From contig DATMOZ010000161.1 of NCBI GenBank assembly GCA_035567995.1, forward strand, positions 1-49,030: a stretch of DNA of 49,030 nt, written 5' to 3'. The position numbers and the translations under genes are program-made. Every line of letters starts with the position of its first letter. The first letter of the stretch is position 1. The notes below the pieces were generated by a model. It was given only the letters and a program-made list of their open reading frames with translations, searched no databases and had not been told where the DNA came from. Source of the DNA: Acidobacteriaceae bacterium. GTDB lineage: Bacteria; Acidobacteriota; Terriglobia; Terriglobales; Acidobacteriaceae. Below are positions 18,976 to 29,423 of the stretch, piece by piece.

Positions 18976-19850
18976 GCTGCACCCTGGCTTTCGATGTAGA
19001 GCTCTTCTAGCGAACGGCGCTGCCTCATTACGCTGAGCAGTTCTCCACTATGAGCCCATATGCTTTCGATGCACCTCCGCTCTTCGCTTGGAGGAACGAG
19101 AAAGCGTACCCGTTGGTCTGACAACTTTTCACCGTGGAAACCTGGCACGTCGCCAGGCAAGCGCGCCACAATCTCCACTCGCGCGCCGACCGCAGTCAGT
19201 TCATCAAGCGTGCCGACCCGCTCCAGCTTTCCGCTGCGGAGAAATGCGACTCGGTCGCAGACCTCTTCCACTTCACTGAGCTGATGAGAACTGAAAAAGA
19301 CAGCTTTGCCAGCGTCCCGCGCAGCCCGCAGCAGTTCGCGCACCTCAATTACGCCCGTGGGATCAAGCGCGGAGGTAGGTTCATCGAGGATCAACACATC
19401 GGGGTCGTGCACAAGAGCCGCCGCGAGAGCAGCACGCTGTTGCATGCCGCGTGAGAATTTACGAACGTCTTTGTGCGGTTCATGGAGATTGAGCGCTCGA
19501 AGCATCTCGTCGGCCCGCATGCGAAGCTGTGGATCCCGCATTCCACTCAGCGCGCCTGCGAGCCGAATCGCGTCACGCGCCGTCCCTGAAAAGAACGCGG
19601 GGCTGTCAGGCAGGAATCCAACGCGCGCCCGTGTCGCCGCGTCGCCGAAGGGCTTTCCAAGAATGGTGCCCCCGCCTGCGGAGGGTCGCAGAAATCCCAT
19701 CGCGAGATGAATCGCCGTCGACTTCCCCGCGCCATTCGGCCCTAGAAAGCCGACGATCTCGCCGGATTCAACCGAGAGAGTGAGAGCGTTGAGCGCCGTC
19801 TGGGCTCCGTACTTCTTGGTGACCTGATCGAATTGGAGCGCTGCGGCCAC
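18972..19850 (-). CDS. ABC transporter ATP-binding protein
   Basis: Walker A GPNGAGKST, signature-like FSRGMQQR and Walker B VLILDEPTSALD. GTG start. Confidence 0.9.
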   Translation of the reverse strand: MAAALQFDQVTKKYGAQTALNALTLSVESGEIVGFLGPNGAGKSTAIHLAMGFLRPSAGGGTILGKPFGDAATRARVGFLPDSPAFFSGTARDAIRLAGALSGMRDPQLRMRADEMLRALNLHEPHKDVRKFSRGMQQRAALAAALVHDPDVLILDEPTSALDPTGVIEVRELLRAARDAGKAVFFSSHQLSEVEEVCDRVAFLRSGKLERVGTLDELTAVGARVEIVARLPGDVPGFHGEKLSDQRVRFLVPPSEERRCIESIWAHSGELLSVMRQRRSLEELYIESQGAA

Positions 19851-19865
19851 ACGCGGATTGTCGCA

Positions 19866-19896
19866 TAAGAAAAGCCCCCACCGAAGCGAGGGCTTA
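19866..19896 (-). terminator. Rho-independent terminator after atpE
   Basis: The minus strand reads AAGCCCUCGC-UUCG-GUGGGGGCUU followed by UUUCUUAU. That is a GC-rich stem with a UUCG tetraloop and a U-rich tail. Confidence 0.6.
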
Positions 19897-19938
19897 TATC
19901 AAGATTTGGCAGCGCGGCCAAGATGCCGCGCAGTGATG

Positions 19939-20241
19939 TTACTTGACCTTGGCGAAGATGATCGCGAACGTGAAGAGCGCGAGCGACTCGATGAACGCCA
20001 GACCGAGCAGCAAGAATAGGAAAATTCCGGGACGTGCGCCGGGGTTGCGCGCGAGCGCTTCGGCGGACGAGGCAACTGCCCTGCCCTGGCCGAGGCCGCA
20101 GAGCCCGGCAGCGATGGCCATCGAGAGACCGGCCGCTAGCGGAACGAGGTTGTTCGTGTTGCCGCCAGTCGTTTGTGCATAGGCGGGCGCGGCCATGAAA
20201 AGCGCCGACAGGGTCATCAGTACGTATTGCAGCTTGCGCAT
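19939..20241 (-). CDS. atpE: F0F1 ATP synthase subunit c with a signal-peptide-like N-terminal extension
   Basis: Only the last 100 aa of track ORF 19939..20628 are used. Sequence: MRKLQYVLMTLSALFMAAPAYAQ..., then GLGQGRAVASSAEALARNPGA...LAFIESLALFTF. AAGGAG SD upstream of ATG 20241. Confidence 0.9.
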   Translation of the reverse strand: MRKLQYVLMTLSALFMAAPAYAQTTGGNTNNLVPLAAGLSMAIAAGLCGLGQGRAVASSAEALARNPGARPGIFLFLLLGLAFIESLALFTFAIIFAKVK

Positions 20242-20372
20242 TTGTTGCTCCTTGCTTCCTGAGTTTTGATTCGCCGCCAGTGGGTGGTTGACCTCACCGT
20301 ACTGGGCCCTCACGCTGAACGGCATGCCTGGGCGGAATGGAAGCGAGATCCGCCAGCATATCTTGCAGATGT

Positions 20373-21122
20373 CTAGTGACTCTCTTCGTGCGCTACCGCC
20401 TGGGAGATGTAAATCATTCCAAGCAGCATGAACAGGTAGGCCTGAATGATTCCGACGCCGAAGTGCAAACCGAGAAAGACCACCGGCACGCCAAGCGGTA
20501 TCAGCGAGAAGAACACCATCGTGAGCAGGTCGCCAGCAAACATGTTCGCGTAAAGACGAACAGTGAGCGACAAAATGCGGGCGAGGTGCGAAATGATCTC
20601 GATCGGAAACAGCAGCCACGCGATCCACCAGACTGGACCGAAAAAATGCTTCAGGTAGCCGATCGGGCCTTGTGCGCGAACTCCGTGGAAGTTGTAGTAA
20701 ACGAACGTGAGCAGGGCCACGCCTAGCGGTACGACAATCGACGCTGTCGGCGATTCGAATCCTGGGATGATCCCAAGCAGATTCGATAAAAGAATGAAGA
20801 GCAGGACGATCGTGAAGAATGGCACGAACGATGGAGCCTGCTTGCCTATGATGGACTCGCCCTGGCTCGAGACAAACTCATGCAGCATCTCGGCGACGTG
20901 TTGCACCGGACCGGGTGTTTCAACCTTGAGCGACGCGCGTACCACGGCAAAAAACACCAGCAGCACCAAGACGACCAGCACTTCCATGGCAAGCGTGTTG
21001 TCGATCGGCGCAGCCGGATTCGATGGAGCCATGTGCAGAGCGGTGAGCAGGTGAGCGACAGGCGCACCGATCACGTGGTTCAAAAAGCGGGTAAAGAGAA
21101 GTTGCTCGGGCATTACTCTCAC
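20373..21122 (-). CDS. atpB: F0F1 ATP synthase subunit a
   Basis: Carries LSLTVRLYANMFAGDLL (conserved Arg) and a polytopic profile. Confidence 0.9.
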   Translation of the reverse strand: MRVMPEQLLFTRFLNHVIGAPVAHLLTALHMAPSNPAAPIDNTLAMEVLVVLVLLVFFAVVRASLKVETPGPVQHVAEMLHEFVSSQGESIIGKQAPSFVPFFTIVLLFILLSNLLGIIPGFESPTASIVVPLGVALLTFVYYNFHGVRAQGPIGYLKHFFGPVWWIAWLLFPIEIISHLARILSLTVRLYANMFAGDLLTMVFFSLIPLGVPVVFLGLHFGVGIIQAYLFMLLGMIYISQAVAHEESH

Positions 21123-21153
21123 AGCAGCTTAGATTTTTGCCTCAGACCAGGTC

Positions 21154-21585
21154 TTAACGACGCACCAGGCGGAAAGCCTCAACCAGTAGGGCGATCAGGC
21201 CGAGACAGATGCCGCCAACAAGTGCGTAAAGTGAGCCTGCGAAACACCTTAGACTAACATAGATCACTGCTGCGGCAAGACCCACACGCAGCACAAACAT
21301 CACCATAACCAATGCAAGGTTAGTCCGCGTCGGTTGGTTCTCAAGTTGGGCGGCGAGCGCGGCCATCAAGCGGCGGCCCTCCCAGATACCCGCGGCTGAT
21401 ATCACAGCGCCGGTCAGAAATAGCATCAACGAACGCCAGCCCATCGCTGCCCAGATCAATGGGGTCAAAATCACAGCGAAAAGACCGACCAGAATCAGTG
21501 CGCGTCGCAGAGCGTGCTGCAGGTCGGCGTCGGTAAAGCCGGCGGTCAACGAATCAAGAGGTCCGGGCGTAGATCCGTCAGTCAC
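21154..21585 (-). CDS. atpI: ATP synthase protein I-like membrane protein
   Basis: 143 aa with 4 hydrophobic segments, lying directly upstream of atpB. The call rests on position and topology. Confidence 0.5.
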   Translation of the reverse strand: MTDGSTPGPLDSLTAGFTDADLQHALRRALILVGLFAVILTPLIWAAMGWRSLMLFLTGAVISAAGIWEGRRLMAALAAQLENQPTRTNLALVMVMFVLRVGLAAAVIYVSLRCFAGSLYALVGGICLGLIALLVEAFRLVRR

Positions 21586-21589
21586 CGGC

Positions 21590-21823
21590 TCAGCCTTCCT
21601 TGTTCAGCTTCAGAGCTACGCGAATAATCTGCGTGAAGCCCGCCGCTGCTCCCAGCCCGATTCCCACAAGATAAATCCAGCTCTGGTGCAGCCAGTTGTC
21701 CGCGAGCGCGCCAAGCGCCCAGCCGATGAACACGGCCGCAGGCAGCACCAGCGCGAGCTGCACCATGCTTTCCGCCTTAATCAGCGACTTCATCCCGGAC
21801 TGATGTTGTTGAGGCATGACCAC
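21590..21823 (-). CDS. atpZ: AtpZ/AtpI-family small membrane protein
   Basis: 77 aa with 2 TM segments (LALVLPAAVFIGWALGALAD..., IYLVGIGLGAAAGF), first gene of the atp cluster. The start may instead be the internal MKSLIK. Confidence 0.6.
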   Translation of the reverse strand: MVMPQQHQSGMKSLIKAESMVQLALVLPAAVFIGWALGALADNWLHQSWIYLVGIGLGAAAGFTQIIRVALKLNKEG

Positions 21824-21874
21824 TGACGAATATACTGGATTCTTTCACCGACAAATTGAGAAGGAACCGAGTGC

Positions 21875-23482
21875 GTGTTTGAATCCGAATTTGAGCGCGG
21901 CGTGTACGACCTGCGCCGTGAAAAGCTGCAGCAGATCGAGGCACTGGGCCAGCAGGCTTATCCGAACCAATACATCGCGTCGCATGATGTGGCGCAGATT
22001 CGCGCCCAGTTCGACAGCGCGAGCGCGGAACAACTCGCAGAGAGCAAGCCACAGGTCAACATTGCCGGCCGCATTCTGACCATCCGCGTGCAGGGCAAGG
22101 CCGGCTTCGCAACCCTGCAGCAAGGCGGCGAACGCCTGCAGATCTACGTGCGCAAAGATGACGTCGGCGAGCAGGCGTTCGCGCTATACAAACTGCTCGA
22201 CCTCGGCGACCACGTTGGAGTGAGCGGCTACCTGTTCCGCACACGCACCGGCGAGTTGACCATTCACGCACAGACACTCACTTTTCTCGCGAAGGCGCTG
22301 CTCGCGCTTCCTGAGAAATACCACGGTCTCGCTGATGTTGAACTGCGTTACCGTCAGCGCTATGTCGATCTGTTCATGAATACCGATGTGCGCGCGGTGT
22401 TTGTGAAGCGTGCGGCTGTGCTGCGGGCGATGCGGCGCTTCTTTGACGAGCGTGGTTACATCGAGGTTGAAACGCCGATGATGCAACCCATCGCCGGCGG
22501 CGCCGCGGCGCGACCTTTTTCGACGCATCACAATGCGCTCGACCTCGCTCTCTATTTGCGCGTAGCACCCGAGCTTTATCTGAAGCGATTGGTCGTCGGT
22601 GGACTGGATCGCGTCTATGAAATCAACCGCAATTTCCGCAACGAGGGAATATCGACACAGCACAATCCTGAGTTCACAATGCTTGAGTTCTATCAGGCAT
22701 ATGCGAATTATCACGACCTGATGCAACTGACCGAGGAACTGATCGCGTACGTGGCGCGTGAGGTAAACGGGACTACGATCACCGAGTTCAACGGCGTCAA
22801 GATCGATCTCACGCAATGGCGAAGGCTGTCGATGCGCGAAGCGATCATCGAATTCTGGCCTGCGGGCGCCGGCGAACGACCGGAGATGTCTGACTTCGAT
22901 TCGCTCGAGCAGGTGTTGCGGCTGGCAGAGCGTTACGCCGACTCGATTTCTGAAGCGATACAGGCCGAGCCTGGACCCGACGAAATGCGGTTGCTGCTCA
23001 AACGTCGGGCAAACCTCGGGCGCGCCATGACGGACTCTCGCGGGGCGAAGTCTGCGGGAAAGTTGATTGCGTTCCTCTTCGAAGAAGTCGCGGAGGACCA
23101 CCTGATCCAGCCGACAATCATCTATGACTTCCCTCTCGCGGTTTCACCGTTGTCGAAGACCAAGCCCGATGAGCCGGACTGGGTCGAGCGTTTCGAGTTT
23201 TACATCGGTGGATTTGAACTGGGCAACGCGTTCAGCGAATTGAACGATCCTGAGGAGCAGCGTCGTAGGTTCCAGCAGCAGCTCGATCAACACGCGCGAG
23301 GCGACGATGAGGCGCATGCGATGGATGAGGATTACGTCCGCGCGCTCGGCTACGGGCTCCCACCAACGGGCGGAGAAGGGATTGGCGTGGACCGTCTGAC
23401 AATGATTCTCACGGGTTCGCGGTCGATTCGCGATGTGATTCTGTTTCCGCTTATGCGACCGCAACGGGACGAGCGCGAATAG
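21875..23482 (+). CDS. lysS: Lysine--tRNA ligase (class II)
   Basis: Carries [30 protein letters not shown] and [20 protein letters not shown] start with AAGGA upstream. Confidence 0.95.
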   Translation: MFESEFERGVYDLRREKLQQIEALGQQAYPNQYIASHDVAQIRAQFDSASAEQLAESKPQVNIAGRILTIRVQGKAGFATLQQGGERLQIYVRKDDVGEQAFALYKLLDLGDHVGVSGYLFRTRTGELTIHAQTLTFLAKALLALPEKYHGLADVELRYRQRYVDLFMNTDVRAVFVKRAAVLRAMRRFFDERGYIEVETPMMQPIAGGAAARPFSTHHNALDLALYLRVAPELYLKRLVVGGLDRVYEINRNFRNEGISTQHNPEFTMLEFYQAYANYHDLMQLTEELIAYVAREVNGTTITEFNGVKIDLTQWRRLSMREAIIEFWPAGAGERPEMSDFDSLEQVLRLAERYADSISEAIQAEPGPDEMRLLLKRRANLGRAMTDSRGAKSAGKLIAFLFEEVAEDHLIQPTIIYDFPLAVSPLSKTKPDEPDWVERFEFYIGGFELGNAFSELNDPEEQRRRFQQQLDQHARGDDEAHAMDEDYVRALGYGLPPTGGEGIGVDRLTMILTGSRSIRDVILFPLMRPQRDERE

Positions 23483-23486
23483 TCGG

Positions 23487-23912
23487 CTACTTTTTCCCGC
23501 TTTTCTCGCTCTTCTTTGAAGCCTTCTTGAGCAACTGGCTCAGGCTGGTTTCCTCGAGCTCCTCTTCAAAGCAAGACTGAGCTTTTTTCAAGACTCCGCC
23601 TAGAGCCGCGACCGTACCCCGCTGTTCCGCCATCGCCGCTTCGGGAAGGTGAAAGAGGGAGCTGCTCTCGGTGGCACGATAAATGTCGGCGAGTGAGATT
23701 TGTTTTGTTGAGCGCGCGAGCCGTGAGCCGCCATTCGGACCCTTGCTGCTCGCGATAATGCCCGCGGATTGCAGCGCGGCAAGCGTGCGTCGAACCACCA
23801 CCGGATTAATCTTGAGCGATTTGGCGATGTCTTGAGAGGTATGCGTCTTTTCGCCCTCGGCGAGCAGACAGAGCGCTTGAACGCTCATTGCAAAGCGGGT
23901 GTTCTGAGCCAT
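23487..23912 (-). CDS. Rrf2-family transcriptional regulator (no obvious Fe-S Cys triad)
   Basis: From internal ATG 23912: MAQNTRFAMSVQALCLLA...SQDIAKSLKINPVVVRRTLAALQSAGII.SSKGPNGG. Lys-rich C-terminal tail. Confidence 0.85.
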   Translation of the reverse strand: MAQNTRFAMSVQALCLLAEGEKTHTSQDIAKSLKINPVVVRRTLAALQSAGIIASSKGPNGGSRLARSTKQISLADIYRATESSSLFHLPEAAMAEQRGTVAALGGVLKKAQSCFEEELEETSLSQLLKKASKKSEKSGKK

Positions 23913-24043
23913 GTCGCAAACGCTAACACACGATCGTTGCAATATCCATGCGCGTACTAACCACGTGGTATCTATCGGGTTACACTCGCTTCTCCGTCTC
24001 CTGAGTGGAGTGCGTGCTAGCATCGCGATGATTTGGAGGCTTT

Positions 24044-24841
24044 TTGCGAATTCTGTTTGTAGGAGACGTTTTTGGCAGCGCGGGCCGCGGTATTGTCCAC
24101 GCGCATCTGCCGCACGTCATTGAGTATCGCGAGATTGATCTCGTTGTGGTCAACGCCGAAAACGCAGCCGGCGGCTTCGGCCTGACTCCAAAGCTGGCCG
24201 ACGAGCTGTTTGATATCGGCGCGCACGTGCTGACCACCGGCAACCATGTCTGGGACAAGCGCGAATTGATGGATATGCTCGCGTCCGCTGCTCCCGACAG
24301 TCATGCTCGAGCGCGCCGTATTCTGCGGCCCGCAAATTATGCCCCAAGCAATCCTGGCTATGGTGTGTACGAAGGAACGCTTCCCGGCGGCGAGACCTAC
24401 GCGGTCATCAACCTGCAGGGCCGCGTCTTCATGAACACGTTCGACGAACCATTTCGCACAATCGACGTGCTACTCGAGCGGGTGCGCGCGAAGGTCGTTC
24501 TTGTGGACTTTCACGCGGAAGCGACCTCGGAGAAAGTCGCCATGGGATGGCATCTCGATGGCCGTGTCACTGCCGTACTGGGCACGCACACACATATCCC
24601 CACCGCGGATGCGCGCGTCTTACCCCACGGCACCGCGTACCAGACCGACGTTGGAATGAGTGGCCCCTACGACAGCGTAATAGGCGTCGAGAAGGAGCAG
24701 GTGCTACAGCGTTTCCGCACCGGCCTGCCGGCAAAGTTTGAGGCGGCTACGGGCGATCCACGCATGTGCGCAGTTGTAATTGAGTGCGATGGCGCGACTG
24801 GGCGCGCCCAGAGCATTGAACACATCATGCTTCGTGAATAG
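24044..24841 (+). CDS. YmdB-like (TIGR00282-type) metallophosphoesterase
   Basis: Carries MRILFVGDVFG...VVVNAENAAGGFG...TTGNHVWD...DFHAEATSEK..GTHTHIPTAD. TTG start preceded by GGAGG. Confidence 0.85.
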   Translation: MRILFVGDVFGSAGRGIVHAHLPHVIEYREIDLVVVNAENAAGGFGLTPKLADELFDIGAHVLTTGNHVWDKRELMDMLASAAPDSHARARRILRPANYAPSNPGYGVYEGTLPGGETYAVINLQGRVFMNTFDEPFRTIDVLLERVRAKVVLVDFHAEATSEKVAMGWHLDGRVTAVLGTHTHIPTADARVLPHGTAYQTDVGMSGPYDSVIGVEKEQVLQRFRTGLPAKFEAATGDPRMCAVVIECDGATGRAQSIEHIMLRE

Positions 24842-24845
24842 TCCA

Positions 24846-24887
24846 ACTAAAAAAACTGAGGGCAGCCCATTCAGGCTGCCCTTAGTT
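24846..24887. terminator. Hairpin terminator between convergent genes, best suited to the minus-strand TPR gene
   Basis: AACTGAGGGCAGCC-CATTCA-GGCTGCCCTTAGTT forms a 14 bp stem with 1 mismatch. It is preceded on the plus strand by an A7 run, which is a U-tract for the minus-strand transcript. Confidence 0.6.
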
Positions 24888-24907
24888 GCGATGCGCGATA
24901 GAGAGCT

Positions 24908-26224
24908 TTACTTAGCCTGCGGCTTGCGATGCGTTGGCGCAGTTCTCTTGGGTGGAGTCTTTTGGGCCGTCGGTGATTCGCCATCCTTCATGATGATCAT
25001 CGGCGGAGTCTGGGTGTAGGAATCGAACGTGCCCACGTACTCAGCCTTCGATCCGATCGCAGGAACCGTCGTCAACGGTGTCTTCATGTTGATCGTGAAG
25101 TCCGCTGTCTTCGACGCCTGATTGTCGTCGGAAACAGCCAGCTTAACCTGCGCCGGTGTCGCCTCAACTACAAGGCCCGGGACCTTCGTGGTCACACCCT
25201 TAACCGTGTCCCAAACCTTATCGGCGTCTTCCTTGCTTCCGTTGGCGAGAATGAATTCCTTATCGCCCAAGGCAAGTGTCTTCAGGTCCGGAGTGGAAAC
25301 GACCGCCTGATGAGCCTGGTCCGCTGGGGATGGCGGCGGGGGTGCGGCGACGATGGTGAAGTTGTCCGGCGGGTTCAGGCTCTGCTTCGCCTGCGCCTGC
25401 ACGGCCTCATATCCATCCAGTGAGCCGTGGTACTTCTTGTACCAATATTGCGCTGCCTTGTTGAGCTGGTCGGCAACCTGCGGCGGAGCGTAAGCGGCCG
25501 CCCGCGAGATATACCAGACGCCGTTCACAAGGTCCTTCGGCTCTTTCTGCGTGTAAGCCTGTCCGAGCTGGAACGTGTCGTTCAGCGCCGGCCCCTGCGC
25601 ATTCTGATCCGCCGGGTATGCCTGCAGGGCGGCCTTATATTCGGAAATCGCCGTGTTGTAGTCCTTCTTCGCCATGGCAGCTGCCGCGAGCGCGTCGTGG
25701 AAGATCGGTGCTGTCGCAGCCTTCTGTTTTTGGAAGTCGGCGTCCGACATCGCGGCGGGTTTTGTTGCGTTCAAGCCCTGCTGTGCTAGCTTGGCGGCGT
25801 CATCAAGCAGCGCCACCTGCTCGGCCGGAGTCGTTTTTGCTGCGGCCTGCTGGCTTTCGACGTAGGTTGAGATCGCAAGCGCTGCAAGATTGTTCGGATC
25901 GACCTGCAGAGTCCGCTTGGCCGTGTCGAGAACCTTATTCATGTCGCCCATCTGCTGGTACGTACCCAGCAGTCGCTGAAGCACGTCCGCCTTCGCCTGG
26001 CTCTGCGGATACGTCGACAGGAACGATTCCATCGCGGATGCCTTGGCCGCTGGCGTTGACTGACTGATGGCGTTCGAATACGCGTTATATTCGGCGGGAT
26101 CAGCGATCGTGATGCCTTGCTGCTGGCCCCCCGGCGGGGCACTGGTTTGACCAGAGCCGGTGGATTGCGCAAAGCAAAGGGAGCTGGCAAGTGCCAGAAC
26201 GGAGCCGAGCAGAACTTTCTTCAT
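24908..26224 (-). CDS. Secreted TPR-like repeat protein (function unknown)
   Basis: Signal peptide MKKVLLGSVLALASSLCFAQ. Ala/Gln/Lys-rich helical repeats with TPR-like spacing, a C-terminal beta-rich part and a basic tail. Confidence 0.65.
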   Translation of the reverse strand: MKKVLLGSVLALASSLCFAQSTGSGQTSAPPGGQQQGITIADPAEYNAYSNAISQSTPAAKASAMESFLSTYPQSQAKADVLQRLLGTYQQMGDMNKVLDTAKRTLQVDPNNLAALAISTYVESQQAAAKTTPAEQVALLDDAAKLAQQGLNATKPAAMSDADFQKQKAATAPIFHDALAAAAMAKKDYNTAISEYKAALQAYPADQNAQGPALNDTFQLGQAYTQKEPKDLVNGVWYISRAAAYAPPQVADQLNKAAQYWYKKYHGSLDGYEAVQAQAKQSLNPPDNFTIVAAPPPPSPADQAHQAVVSTPDLKTLALGDKEFILANGSKEDADKVWDTVKGVTTKVPGLVVEATPAQVKLAVSDDNQASKTADFTINMKTPLTTVPAIGSKAEYVGTFDSYTQTPPMIIMKDGESPTAQKTPPKRTAPTHRKPQAK

Positions 26225-26263
26225 TCAAAATCTCCTGAAATACCTAAAACGATTCCTCAAAAA

Positions 26264-26473
26264 TCAAACGTAATGCGACACCGTAATAAACGGCTGCCTC
26301 ACAAGAGAACCTGCCAAAGTCTGCGAGTGGTCAGTACAGACAGCGGCGATTATAGAAACTCCATTGCGGCGAAGACAAGCTAGCACAACTTCGAGATCCT
26401 GCGCTCTTAGTGCGATGCACATGTGATCCCTGTGGCTGTTCGCCTGAAATGAAGCAAGTTTTAACCTCGCCAT
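26264..26473 (-). pseudogene. Possible remnant of a glyoxalase/VOC-fold gene (very tentative)
   Basis: 69 aa ORF in a noticeably AT-richer 300 bp gap. The segment HMCIALRAQDLEVVLACLRRNGVSII resembles the H...V.DL......L...GV element of VOC domains, but the ORF is too short for a full domain. Confidence 0.2.
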
Positions 26474-26530
26474 GCCACTAAACGTCTAACGCATTAGACA
26501 CTCTTCTAAGAGTTCTGTTGTGCTTATGGA

Positions 26531-27627
26531 CTAGTCAATCCAGGGCTTCAGCAACTCTTCGAGCGTTGGCCACTCTGCCAGAAACGCGTCGTGTCCGTGT
26601 GCCGAGGTCTGCTCGCGATATTCGCAGTCGACGCCGACGCGTTGCATAGCGGTCGCCATCGCATGCACGTCTTTTGCGGGAAAGAGCCAATCCGAAGAAA
26701 TTCCGACCAGCCCAATCTTTGCGCGGATGCGTGCATAGGCGGCTTCTTCTGAACCGCAGCTGCGCGGCGGATCGAAGTTGTCCATGGTGCGCGTAATGCT
26801 CAGGTACGAATTCGCATCAAAGCGGTCGAGGAAGCGAGAGCCCTGGTAGTCCAGATACCCCGCCACGTCGAACCGTCCGGTCGGATCGGTCAGAGGCGAC
26901 GGACCGGTGCGGTTTTCGCGGCGGCCGAACCGTTCGTCAAACAACTGGGCCGACTTGTAGGAGCACGTCGCCATGGCCCGCGCCATCGCCAGCCCTCGCC
27001 TCGGCTTCTGATCGGTGTATGCGCCACCCTGCCATGCCGGATCGAGTTCAATCGCCTGGCGCTGCAAATGATTCAGCGCGAGGCCCATTGCGCTCAATGG
27101 TGCCGCACCTACTGCGATGGCGCGCTCGACGCGGTCCGGATAATCCATTGCCCACTGTAACGCCTGCATTCCGCCGATCGATCCGCCGATAGCGAGTTTG
27201 AGCCTCTGAATCCTTAGAGAGTCCAGCAGCAGTGCTTGAGAGCGCACGATGTCGCTTATAGAAACCAGGGGAAAAGCCGCGCCGTAGGGTTCTCCCGTTT
27301 CCGGGTTGACTTGGCCAGGCCCAGTCGAGCCATAACAGGAACCGAGAATGTTCACCCCAAGAACGCAGTAACGATCCAGCGGCAGCAGGTGATCGAACAG
27401 TTGTGACCACCACTCATGTACCTCGGCCGATCCTGAGAGAGCGTGGCAAACAAAGACGACGTTGTCGCGCGCCGCGTTTGGCGTGCCATACATGGCGTAG
27501 CGCAAGGTGACATCCCGCAGCTGGCCGCCGGCTTCGAGCGCGAAAGGCTGTTGACGGGCAAATACAAAATCTCCCGTGTAGGTTGGACACGGCGGTCGCT
27601 TTACCGGTGCTGAGGAGAGGGATGCCA

Positions 27628-27628
<1 letters not shown>
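26531..27628 (-). CDS. metX: Homoserine O-acetyltransferase
   Basis: Carries NVVFVCHALSGSAEVHEWW and GGSIGGMQALQWA (nucleophile elbow). Its start overlaps the metY stop (TGATG). Confidence 0.92.
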
Positions 27629-29037
<1,409 letters not shown>

Positions 29038-29118
29038 TTATCCGCGCAGACGGGCTGTCGCCACGCCCACCACTCGCATGGCACACATAATTCGCGAGTT
29101 GGACATGAGACAGCGCAT
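29038..29118 (-). CDS. Candidate 26-codon leader ORF rich in Met/Cys codons (speculative)
   Basis: Hand translation of the minus strand gives MRCLMSNSRIMCAMRVVGVATARLRG*. Of the first 14 codons, 6 are Met or Cys. There is no clear SD, and the ORF lies just downstream of the candidate promoter. Confidence 0.3.
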   Translation of the reverse strand: MRCLMSNSRIMCAMRVVGVATARLRG

Positions 29119-29128
29119 GAATAGACAG

Positions 29129-29158
29129 AGTATTGCCGAAGCACCGCGCAAAAGTCAA
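29129..29158 (-). promoter_or_regulatory. Candidate promoter for the metY-metX leader
   Basis: Minus strand: TTGACT (29158-29153), an 18 nt spacer, then AATACT (29134-29129). Confidence 0.3.
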
Positions 29159-29290
29159 AATCTCTCTGGGTATCTTTTTGAGCATTGCCTGTTCCTGTGC
29201 CGCGACGTATTCTTCAATTCTCTGGTATCTCCACGTCCTCTCCGGCGCGGCGGCAATTGCTAAAACGGCGACGATCCCCATTCCTGGGGT

Positions 29291-29309
29291 TGTGGACAGC
29301 TTATCCACA
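29291..29309. promoter_or_regulatory. Inverted pair of DnaA-box-like 9-mers upstream of smc
   Basis: TTATCCACA (29301-29309) matches the E. coli-type DnaA-box consensus exactly. The opposite strand of 29291-29299 reads CTGTCCACA, a 7/9 match. Confidence 0.35.
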
Positions 29310-29328
29310 AGATGTTGTGGCGGCTTCG

Positions 29329-29357
29329 TTGACCCGGCAATTCCCTATCGCTACTCT
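29329..29357 (+). promoter_or_regulatory. Candidate promoter for smc
   Basis: TTGACC (29329-29334), a 17 nt spacer, then TACTCT (29352-29357). Confidence 0.3.
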
Positions 29358-29423
29358 TTGCATGGGGGAACGTCTGCTTCCGTACGACCCCTCGTCATTT
29401 GCCCCGGGCAAAAGGAGTGACCC

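Noticed and set aside
19939-20241. Na+-specific c subunit (Gln in helix 1 and Glu-Ser in helix 2).
   Set aside because: The Q...ES part is present (GLGQG, FIESL). However, the Thr and Tyr positions of the Na+-binding motif as I recall it from Ilyobacter (ESTxxY) are Leu and Phe here, so ion specificity cannot be inferred.
19939-20628. The full 229-aa track ORF containing atpE.
   Set aside because: Only the last 100 codons look like a c subunit, and they have their own AAGGAG SD. The upstream part overlaps the 3' end of atpB out of frame.
22184-23101. A 305-aa minus-strand ORF opposite lysS.
   Set aside because: It lies entirely within a confidently identified lysS, has an Arg-rich unnatural composition and shows no motif.
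29290-29320. Replication origin (oriC) because of the perfect DnaA box.
   Set aside because: There is only one perfect box and one imperfect box. There is no AT-rich unwinding element and no dnaA, dnaN or gidA context, so this is insufficient for an origin.
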